From Candidatus Woesearchaeota archaeon (GTDB lineage Archaea; Nanobdellota; Nanobdellia; SCGC-AAA011-G17; PNOQ01): a DNA stretch of 33,542 nucleotides. Below the pieces are notes generated by a model that made no database searches, was not told where the DNA came from, and was given only the letters and a program-made list of their open reading frames with translations. This document shows, in pieces, positions 9,646 to 17,172 of this stretch; within the stretch, counting starts at the first letter, position 1, and the number at the start of each line of letters is the position of its first letter. A program made the translations under genes and the position numbers. The DNA lies in assembly GCA_964448715.1 (NCBI GenBank), contig CAYUWX010000003.1:1-33542 (forward strand), read 5' to 3'.

Positions 9646-10353
9646 TCAATAATATTTTTTAATAATTTCATTAATTTGTTGATTTTTATATATTTTCAAA
9701 TTTTTTCTTAAACTATTACCATAATATTTTATTGAATCTTTTGTTATTATTGCAAAATCAACTATATCTGATCCACTAAACATATCTCTATTTGCTAAAC
9801 TAATACTTTCTTGTGCCAATTTAACAGCCTTTCTTAAATCTATTTTTGGTCCATCTAGTGATTTAAATTCATATTCTCTTTCTAACATTTCTTCAATATA
9901 TTCTGTACCACTACCTAAACAAATATAGTTTGAATTACTTTCTTCAACTTGGCCAAGAGGATAAACTTTGTATAGTCCAACTTTTCCACTATATCTTGTA
10001 GCAAACATAAATGCAGTTTGTTGTTGTGTTTGAAATTCAATATCTGAATCACACTGAATTTGATTTAATAATCTAATTTCTTCAAAAAATCCATCTTCTA
10101 ATCTTTTTTTAACATCAATATAATTTTCTTCGTCCTTTGATTTTTTTGATTTTAAATTCTTCCATAATTCTGGCAATAAATCCAAATCTATATTCCCCGA
10201 AATAGTAAATGCAAAATTATTAGTATGATATATTTTTTTCATATCTCCTACTTCCATATCATTGTTAGGGTATATCATAGTTTTTGTAAAATCTGAAGCA
10301 AGAACAATAGCATCCAATCCAGTAGTAGTTTTTAAACCAACAATAGTAGTCAT
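9646..10353 (-). CDS. divergent proteasome beta-type (Ntn hydrolase) paralogue without propeptide
   Basis: Begins MTTIVGLKTTTGLDAIVLASD, so Thr directly follows Met. Retains a DMKKIY Lys context and the LGSGTEY GSG motif. Lacks the alpha-subunit N-terminal YSPEGR-type extension. 235 aa with a charged insertion. Confidence 0.6.
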   Translation of the reverse strand: MTTIVGLKTTTGLDAIVLASDFTKTMIYPNNDMEVGDMKKIYHTNNFAFTISGNIDLDLLPELWKNLKSKKSKDEENYIDVKKRLEDGFFEEIRLLNQIQCDSDIEFQTQQQTAFMFATRYSGKVGLYKVYPLGQVEESNSNYICLGSGTEYIEEMLEREYEFKSLDGPKIDLRKAVKLAQESISLANRDMFSGSDIVDFAIITKDSIKYYGNSLRKNLKIYKNQQINEIIKKYY

Positions 10354-10403
10354 AATAAAAAGAGAATAAAATTAAACTTTTAAGGATTTCTAATCTAGAA
10401 TGG

Positions 10404-11720
10404 TTATTTTTTTCTTTTTTTATAATAAATTAAAAAAATTATTGCTACAAATAAAACAATTATACCCATACTTATTTCCCTATTCAAACTAACTATTTCT
10501 TGTAATTCTAGATTTTTAGATTCAGAAGAAACATCATCTTTTTGAGTTCCAAATAATATATCATAAATTCCAGTTTCACTAATTGTTTCTTCAATAAATT
10601 CTTCTCCATTAGATGCATTATAAATTATACAACATAAATAATTTGAATCAGTATAGTAGTCACACTCTTGATCAAGATAAGGTGTTTCTGCATGATAATA
10701 ATTATTTTCACAAGAACTTAAACAAGAACCCCCATAATACTCGCAATCATTAATTTCATCATTAGAATAAGGATAACAACATTTAAATTCAGAATTTTCA
10801 GCCTTACAATCATCATTTAATTGAGTATAGTCTGATTCATTAATTTCATAATGATTTTCATCACAAGAATCACTACAAATTCCACCATAATATTCGCAAT
10901 AGTTTTCAATTATTGGACTTTCTTGAATTAAACAATCATCTCCAATACATTCTTCTGTTTCATTAATAAATTCTACAATTTCTTCACAAAAACCAGTTTC
11001 TGTACAATTATAATTCTCAGGACAAGGGCAAACTCCCGATTTTCCAGCACAAGAACCTCTTAAAATTGCAGTCTCATTTTCTATTTGACAATATCCTCCA
11101 AATAATTCATTAGAACACTCTCCGGGTTGAGTTCCATCTCCGCAAATATATTGTTCATCAAAAACACATTCGCCATTATTACAAATATTATAATTTTCAC
11201 AATTTGCCCGGATACCTTCACAATCAGCAGAATTATTTTCACAAGTTTCAGAATATTCCTCATGTCCATCTAAACCAGAATAAGCACAAATTCCATCTTC
11301 ATCTTCTGATTTTTCACAATTACCATTTAAACAAACCTTACTACTTCCACAATCATCATTTGTTTTACAATCTTCAGTTGAACCACCACCTCCATTACTG
11401 GGAGTAGTACACTGCCCACCCCCTTGACACTCTTTTCCAGAAGGACAACCACATTCTTGACAATCAATTTGAAGATAACAAACATCTTCTCCAACAACAG
11501 GATCATATTCGGAATAACAATAATAAGGTTGACCATGACTTTCACTAACCGAACAATCTCCAGGTTCAGTACCATCGCCACAAGGGCAAGGACCACTAAG
11601 ACCAAGACCAGCCATGCCAGTAATATTAGAATTGTCCCCAACATAATAATTAATTAGAAAGATTATTCCTAAAATAATTAATACAACAATTAAAATTTTT
11701 GTTATATCCTCTTTTCTCAT
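10404..11720 (-). CDS. cysteine-rich surface protein with N- and C-terminal hydrophobic anchors
   Basis: 438 aa and many Cys. N-terminal TM ILIVVLIILGIIFLINYY. C-terminal TM MGIIVLFVAIIFLIYY followed by KKRKK. Contains a CPCGDGTEPGDC...CQECGCPSGKEC module and two tandem CEYYGG.C modules. Confidence 0.75.
   Translation of the reverse strand: MRKEDITKILIVVLIILGIIFLINYYVGDNSNITGMAGLGLSGPCPCGDGTEPGDCSVSESHGQPYYCYSEYDPVVGEDVCYLQIDCQECGCPSGKECQGGGQCTTPSNGGGGSTEDCKTNDDCGSSKVCLNGNCEKSEDEDGICAYSGLDGHEEYSETCENNSADCEGIRANCENYNICNNGECVFDEQYICGDGTQPGECSNELFGGYCQIENETAILRGSCAGKSGVCPCPENYNCTETGFCEEIVEFINETEECIGDDCLIQESPIIENYCEYYGGICSDSCDENHYEINESDYTQLNDDCKAENSEFKCCYPYSNDEINDCEYYGGSCLSSCENNYYHAETPYLDQECDYYTDSNYLCCIIYNASNGEEFIEETISETGIYDILFGTQKDDVSSESKNLELQEIVSLNREISMGIIVLFVAIIFLIYYKKRKK
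10620..10898 (-). repeat. tandem duplication of a ~42-aa Cys-rich module inside the CDS
   Basis: CEYYGGICSDSCDENHYEINESDYTQLNDDCKAENSEFKCCYPY (10770-10898) versus CEYYGGSCLSSCENNYYHAETPYLDQECDYYTDSNYLCCIIY (10620-10745). The Cys spacing is conserved. Confidence 0.8.
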
Positions 11721-11742
11721 ATTTTAATATTAAAAGGAAGAG

Positions 11743-11752
11743 TATTTAAATA
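11743..11752. promoter_or_regulatory. single palindromic TATA-like box shared by divergent genes
   Basis: tatttaaata is a perfect 10-nt palindrome in a 51-nt spacer. Its centre is 27.5 nt from the minus-strand start (11720) and 24.5 nt from the plus-strand ATG (11772). Confidence 0.55.
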
Positions 11753-11771
11753 TTATTCTTTTACCAAATTA

Positions 11772-12272
11772 ATGGATCTCAAAAAGATTTATATTGTGGG
11801 TACGATGGGTTCTGGAAAAACCTATTTAGCAAAAAAATTATCCAAAGAATTAAATATCCCCCACTACGACTTAGATGATTTATACTGGAAAAGAAAATAC
11901 ACCTCAAAAAATTCAGAAGAAAATAAAAAAAGCAATTTAGAAATAATACTTAAAAATAAAGAGTGAATAATTGAAGGAGTTTATACAGATTGGGTAGATC
12001 AAGCAGTAAAACAAACAGATATGTTAATTTGGCTAGACATAAACAAAAATATATCATCTTGGAGAATTCTTAAAAGATATTTTAAAGGAAATAATGATAA
12101 TAAAAACTTTAAAGATGTTCTAAGATTAATAAAAATAGCAAGAAACCATAAGAAAGATGATCCTGAATCGGGATATTACCAACATAAAAGAATGATAGAA
12201 AAACATGATGTTAATTTAGTATATTTGACAAATAAAAAAGAAATAAATAAATTTTTAGGAGATTTATTTTAA
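11772..12272 (+). pseudogene. P-loop NTPase (topology-modulation/adenylate-kinase-like family) interrupted by one in-frame TGA
   Basis: Track ORFs 11772-11966 and 12021-12272 are in the same frame. The Walker A motif is GTMGSGKT. The reading frame continues through the TGA at 11964-11966 as KNKE*IIEGVY. As I recall, family members have WIIDGNY here, so TGA replaces a conserved Trp (TGG). Confidence 0.65.
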
Positions 12273-12709
12273 TTCCAATCAAAGTCTAAAACTTTTTTTA
12301 CACTATCAGTCACAGGAAATTCAAATAAATTTTCTTTTTCAACCCATGCAAAATTATCGTGTTCAGTTAATTTAATTTCTACAGGTTCTTTTATACTAAT
12401 TAAAAAATTAAATTGTCTTGTTCTTTTTCCACTTTTTGACATATACTCAAAATTTCCTAAGTATTCTTTTATGTCTTTTATTTTACAGTTTGTTTCTTCT
12501 TCAATTTCTCGGTGCAAGGCAATATGTAAATCTTCTCCAGATTCAACTTTTCCACTAGGTAGTTCGTATATTCCACCCATAAAATCATCTTTAGGTCTTT
12601 CTAAAATCAACACCTTAGAATCATTTAAGATTATTCCCGCTACTACAAATCTATCTACGCCTACATTTTTTGCTTCTTCAGCAAGTTCTTTGAAATTTAT
12701 ATTATTCAT
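12269..12709 (-). CDS. NUDIX hydrolase
   Basis: Nudix box GKVESGEDLHIALHREIEEETN (Gx5Ex7REUxEExGU). 146 aa. Confidence 0.88.
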   Translation of the reverse strand: MNNINFKELAEEAKNVGVDRFVVAGIILNDSKVLILERPKDDFMGGIYELPSGKVESGEDLHIALHREIEEETNCKIKDIKEYLGNFEYMSKSGKRTRQFNFLISIKEPVEIKLTEHDNFAWVEKENLFEFPVTDSVKKVLDFDWN

Positions 12710-12711
12710 TT

Positions 12712-13038
12712 TTATAAAATCTCCTTATAATTATATACAACTTTCTTAATAGCTTTAATATATAAATCTACTAGTTTTTCATCTTCTTTTTTATGCCAAA
12801 CTGGAAGTTTTAATGAATTTTTATGAAATTTTTCTGCATTTGGAAAATCTCCTTCACTATATTTAAAAGAGTATTCTGAAAATAGATCTTGAGGATTTTG
12901 AAATAATTCATGTAAATTTAATGGCCTAGTTGAACCAGGCATATCAAGTTCCTTACATCCTTCTGCAACCACTGCATCATAAAATTTTTCTACAGGTAAT
13001 CCTTCAAGTTCTTCAGATTTATATAATATCTCGTGGAG
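12712..13038 (-). pseudogene. 5'-truncated remnant of a DegT/DnrJ/EryC1/StrS-type sugar aminotransferase (C-terminal ~108 codons only)
   Basis: The frame reads LHEILYKSEELEGLPVEKFYDAVVAEGCKELDMPGSTRPLNLHELF...FPNAEKFHKNSLKLPVW...YIKAIKKV, resembling the C-terminal domain of this family. Upstream of about 13038 the frame becomes low-complexity nonsense. The track start is a GTG. Confidence 0.5.
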
Positions 13039-13291
13039 AAAAAATTGAAAAAGGAGATAGAAAAGTATTTAACAAAAGAGGAAATATTTATCAAAAACTT
13101 TTAAATGAAAATCCAATTAGAATGATAAAATATGAAAATATTAAATCATTAAATGAATCAACTGAAGAATTATCAACAATCATTAAAAAATTTCTTTAAA
13201 CATAAACCCTTAAAAATCTTATCATCTACTAATTTTCTATGTGTGAGATAATAGGAATTTTTCAGAAAACACAATAATTTTTTTCATATTT

Positions 13292-15052
13292 TTATCTTTC
13301 TGAAAGTGGAACATTAAAAAAAGATGGATAAATAATTAATTTATTTAAACAAATTCCGTTCTCACACCCATAATTACAGATAGAATCTTGATGAACAATA
13401 TCATTCGCATCACAAGAATATTGTCTCAAAATTGTTCTTCCAATACACTGATCTTCCTCATTACCAAAAACCCCATCATAATTTGAAATAAATCCTTTTA
13501 CTTTTTCATCATTTTCAACATCACTATCTGTGCATCCAGTGGATTGATAATTAATTTCAACATAATTTGATGAATCTGTAATTCCACCAAATCTATCATT
13601 AGCCCGGACTTTGAACAAATAATTTCCCCAATTTAAAATTTCATTATGCGTGACATCATATTCTTCATCAAAACTATTAAATAATCCATCAACAGCAAAA
13701 CCACTGACCCAATTTCCATCATCTAATTTATATTCAACATTTGCAATTTTATTTATAGAAACATCAGAGTAATATGAGTTGGGAGAGAGATAAACTTGAG
13801 AATTAGAATCTCCAAGTATTGAAAAATAATTATTTACTTCTCCAGCAAAAAAACTACTTACGGAAGGTTCGAAATCGACAATATCCAATATGCCATTTGC
13901 ATCAGAATCAACTAACCCAATTTGTCCTCTAGCATACATATCAATTTCATTGTTTACAAAGGGAGAAATTCCCCCGCGCATAATTGATCCCTCATTTATT
14001 GCACAACTATTAACGCAATTTTGATTTTCATAATTCAAATAACCAACATCTGTGGTGCAAGAACAAGAACCATATTGATCTGCAGCTCCAAAAATATGTC
14101 CAGTTTCATGGGCAGTGACTGCATCCATATTATTTATGCCATACAATTCATTATCATAGGTCATAACCATATATGGTCCGCCACCATCACCGCCATAAAT
14201 TGTAAAAGCAAATTTCCCATCAGAAAATTTCCCATCAACATCATTACTTGAATCAACAACAAAAATTGTAAATCCCCAATCAGTATCCTTCAAATCTCTC
14301 TGAACATTTACAAAATCATACATTGCCCCTGTAATCCCGGGAGTCCCATCGCCATAACCAAGATTAAATAATATTTCAGAACCCCAATAATGCCTATAGA
14401 TTGAACCAACTTCAATAGGTTCATAAGAAGTGCTCGCACCATCATTAAAATCATAAACAAAAGTCAAATCAGCATCAGGATTATTAACTGCCCACCAATC
14501 AAGACCATTCATAATTTCAGAATGAACATTAGAAATTTCAGTAGAAGTCCAATCTTCAGAACCGCCATCACTTTCAGGCAAAATAACAGAAACAGAAACA
14601 TCACCAATCATATACAAACTAGTATCGGTAGGTAAAGCGCCATAAGGAGTAGATTTAACAAAATTAGCATTATATTCATCTTTAGAAAATCCTTTAGAAA
14701 AAAGATCATCTTCAAATAAAATAACATCATTTAAAATTGGTTTCAAAGATTCATCGATAACATGATCAACAGATTTCCATTTCAAATTTCTTTTCCAAAC
14801 ATAAAAAAGATCATTAGAAACACTATCTCCAACATAATAAACAGAATAATTTTTAGATTTCAAATCGGAAGGAATTTTGCCAATTAAAACACCTTCATTA
14901 AAAAAAATGTGATTTATATCTCCGCCAAGAGATTCGATTTCAGAACGAGCAAAAGAAATATTTTTAGCAACAATAAAACCATCAACTAACTCTTCAGAAG
15001 CATAACATGGCATAGCCATTACCAAAACCAATAATAAAATTATTTTTTTCAT
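13292..15052 (-). CDS. secreted zinc metalloprotease (metzincin-like, HExxHxxGxxD) with Cys-rich C-terminal tail
   Basis: Signal peptide MKKIILLLVLVMAMPCYA. VTAHETGHIFGAADQY matches the snapalysin-type HExxHxxGxxD pattern as I recall it. C-terminal CIGRT...SCDAND...SICNYGCENGIC. Confidence 0.72.
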   Translation of the reverse strand: MKKIILLLVLVMAMPCYASEELVDGFIVAKNISFARSEIESLGGDINHIFFNEGVLIGKIPSDLKSKNYSVYYVGDSVSNDLFYVWKRNLKWKSVDHVIDESLKPILNDVILFEDDLFSKGFSKDEYNANFVKSTPYGALPTDTSLYMIGDVSVSVILPESDGGSEDWTSTEISNVHSEIMNGLDWWAVNNPDADLTFVYDFNDGASTSYEPIEVGSIYRHYWGSEILFNLGYGDGTPGITGAMYDFVNVQRDLKDTDWGFTIFVVDSSNDVDGKFSDGKFAFTIYGGDGGGPYMVMTYDNELYGINNMDAVTAHETGHIFGAADQYGSCSCTTDVGYLNYENQNCVNSCAINEGSIMRGGISPFVNNEIDMYARGQIGLVDSDANGILDIVDFEPSVSSFFAGEVNNYFSILGDSNSQVYLSPNSYYSDVSINKIANVEYKLDDGNWVSGFAVDGLFNSFDEEYDVTHNEILNWGNYLFKVRANDRFGGITDSSNYVEINYQSTGCTDSDVENDEKVKGFISNYDGVFGNEEDQCIGRTILRQYSCDANDIVHQDSICNYGCENGICLNKLIIYPSFFNVPLSER

Positions 15053-15102
15053 TAAAATGAGATATTATTTCAATATATAAATTTTATGTAAAATGGGTTC
15101 GA

Positions 15103-15110
15103 TTTATAAA
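15103..15110 (+). promoter_or_regulatory. TATA-like box for the 15134 gene
   Basis: tttataaa centred about 27 nt upstream of the ATG. Confidence 0.5.
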
Positions 15111-15133
15111 GAATAATTTCAACCTTTGAAACT

Positions 15134-16555
15134 ATGAAAACTGTAGAAAATTTATTGAAAAAATCAATAAGTAAAATACCTAAACAGAAAGTAGCATTAT
15201 TATTTTCTGGAGGAATAGATTCACTAGCTTTAGCTTTATATTTAAAAAAATTAAATTATGATTTCACATGCTACACTGTTGGAACAAAATATTCAAAAGA
15301 TATTGAATCATCAAGAAAAGTTGCTGAAGAATTAGATCTAAAACACGAAATAAAAATAGTAGATGAAAAACAAATAGAAAAAAATTTAAAAAAAATTGTT
15401 TCAATCCTTAGAAGTACATCCCCTATAGATGTAACAGTAGGATTAACGACATATTTAGCATCCAAATTCGCAAAAGAAGATATAGTTATTTCAGGATTAG
15501 GTTCAGATGAAATTTTCGGAGGTTACTTCAGACACAAAACTTCAGAAGATCTAAATAAAGATTTAAAAGAAGGATTGGACCGAGTTTACAATGGAGATTT
15601 AATTCGCGATACTACACTTGCTAATTCATTAGGAAAAGAAATATTCGCACCATTCTTAAACAAAGAATTAGTTGAATATTCATTAACAATACCAAAAGAA
15701 AAGAAGATAAAAGGAGATATGAACAAATTAATACTTAGAGAATTACTAATTTCAAACGGAGTTTCACAAGAATCTGCATTACGTTTAAAAAAGGCAGCCC
15801 AATACGGAACAGAATTTGATAAAGTACTTAGAAAATTATCAAAAAAATCAAAAGAAAAATACTTAAGAGGTTTTTTTAAAGTTGCCTCACTTTATTCCTC
15901 AGGAAAAGATTCCACTTACTCATTACAATTAATTAAAGAACAAGGTTATGATGTAAATTGCTTAGTTACAATAAAATCCTCGAATCAAGATTCATATATG
16001 TATCACACTCCGAATATAGATTTGGTTTCTTTGCAAGCAGAAGCATTAGAATTGCCTTTACTAATTGAAAAAACATCAGGATTAAAAGAAGATGAATTAA
16101 AAGATTTGGAAATAGCATTAAAAAAAGCAAAAGCAAAATTTGGAATTTTAGGTGTTGTAACTGGAGCTTTATTTTCTGAATATCAAGCATCTCGCATTGC
16201 CAAAATATGTGATTCATTAAATTTGGAATGTTTTAATCCGCTTTGGCATAAGGATCAAGCTTCTTATATGAAAGAAATAGTTTCAAAAAATTATGATATA
16301 TTATTTTCCTCGATAGCCGCAGATGGACTTTCTAAAGATTGGTTAGGTAGAAGAATAACAAAAGAAGATGTTTCAAATTTAATTAAATTACATTCAAAAA
16401 ATGGTTTGAATGTTGCTGGAGAAGGAGGAGAGTTTGAGTCTTTAGTATTAGATTGCCCACTATTTAAGAAAAAAATTAAAATTTTAGAATCAGAAGTTAA
16501 AATGGAAAATAAATGCACTGGAAGATTTATAATTAAAAAAGCTAAATTAGAATGA
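15134..16555 (+). CDS. fusion protein: asparagine-synthetase-like (AsnB C-terminal) PP-loop domain + diphthine--ammonia ligase (Dph6/MJ0570-type) PP-loop domain
   Basis: N-terminal half has ALLFSGGIDS, GLGSDEIFGGY and FAPFLNKELVEY (AsnB synthetase-domain signatures). C-terminal half has SLYSSGKDS, DSYMYHT, GALFSEYQ and GEGGEFESLVLDCPLF (Dph6 N-terminal-domain signatures). TGA stop overlaps the next ATG (ATGA). Confidence 0.8.
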   Translation: MKTVENLLKKSISKIPKQKVALLFSGGIDSLALALYLKKLNYDFTCYTVGTKYSKDIESSRKVAEELDLKHEIKIVDEKQIEKNLKKIVSILRSTSPIDVTVGLTTYLASKFAKEDIVISGLGSDEIFGGYFRHKTSEDLNKDLKEGLDRVYNGDLIRDTTLANSLGKEIFAPFLNKELVEYSLTIPKEKKIKGDMNKLILRELLISNGVSQESALRLKKAAQYGTEFDKVLRKLSKKSKEKYLRGFFKVASLYSSGKDSTYSLQLIKEQGYDVNCLVTIKSSNQDSYMYHTPNIDLVSLQAEALELPLLIEKTSGLKEDELKDLEIALKKAKAKFGILGVVTGALFSEYQASRIAKICDSLNLECFNPLWHKDQASYMKEIVSKNYDILFSSIAADGLSKDWLGRRITKEDVSNLIKLHSKNGLNVAGEGGEFESLVLDCPLFKKKIKILESEVKMENKCTGRFIIKKAKLE

Positions 16556-17091
16556 TAATAACAATAACAGGCCCAAGATCAGTAGGAAAAACAACCATAT
16601 CAAAACTTTTAGCAAAAAAATTAAAATTAAAACATATCTCTTCAGATGAAATTGGAGAAAAAGCAATGAAAAATTTTGGAGGATTAGATAAAGCAATTAA
16701 ATCTGGGAAAATAGATGAATTCATAAAAAACGGTGCTTATTCGTTAATAAGGGCAGAATATGAAAAAAATAATTTTATTTTTGATCTCTCTGGAGGATCA
16801 GTAACTTCAACAAAATTTGAAAAGGAGAGTGAACAAGTAAAAAAAATTGCAAAAGAAAAATCAAAAATAATAGGATTATTACCTTCTAAAAATATTGAAG
16901 AATCAATAAATTTTCTATTTGAAAGAGAAAAAGAAAGAATCCATTTTAAAGATATGGATAAAGAAGAATTATTTAAAAAAGTAAAAATTAATTATAAAAA
17001 ATTCCCAAAAATATTTGGGACTCTTTGCGATAAAATAATATATGTAAAAAATAAATCCAAAAAAGAGATTATAGACGAAATTTTAAGTTAA
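16552..17091 (+). CDS. P-loop kinase-like protein (shikimate/adenylate-kinase-like fold)
   Basis: MIITITGPRSVGKTTISKLLAKKL Walker A at the N-terminus. 179 aa. Substrate not inferable. Confidence 0.55.
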   Translation: MIITITGPRSVGKTTISKLLAKKLKLKHISSDEIGEKAMKNFGGLDKAIKSGKIDEFIKNGAYSLIRAEYEKNNFIFDLSGGSVTSTKFEKESEQVKKIAKEKSKIIGLLPSKNIEESINFLFEREKERIHFKDMDKEELFKKVKINYKKFPKIFGTLCDKIIYVKNKSKKEIIDEILS

Positions 17092-17140
17092 ATTATATGC
17101 TTAATTTCAATATTACTAAAAAGTAGTAAAAATAGTAACA

Positions 17141-17148
17141 TTTATAAA
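17141..17148 (+). promoter_or_regulatory. archaeal-style TATA-like box upstream of the sigma-factor gene
   Basis: tttataaa centred about 28 nt upstream of the ATG at 17173. Same box type and spacing as the neighbouring archaeal genes. Confidence 0.5.
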
Positions 17149-17172
17149 CAAATCTGAAATTTATCTAATAAA

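Noticed and set aside
11964-11966. Genome-wide reassignment of TGA to Trp (code 4-like), suggested by the TGA at a position I recall as a conserved Trp
   Set aside because: TGA ends the deacetylase gene at 3207-3209, where read-through would add about 45 nonsense codons antisense to a neighbouring gene. It also ends thrS, the Dph6 fusion and the nfo-like gene. All long conserved genes are intact under the standard code with Trp encoded by TGG.
12930-13199. Track ORF of 89 aa on the plus strand
   Set aside because: Its first half is antisense to the aminotransferase remnant and looks like a shadow ORF. Only the tail (about 13030-13199) could be a gene fragment, and no family was recognised.
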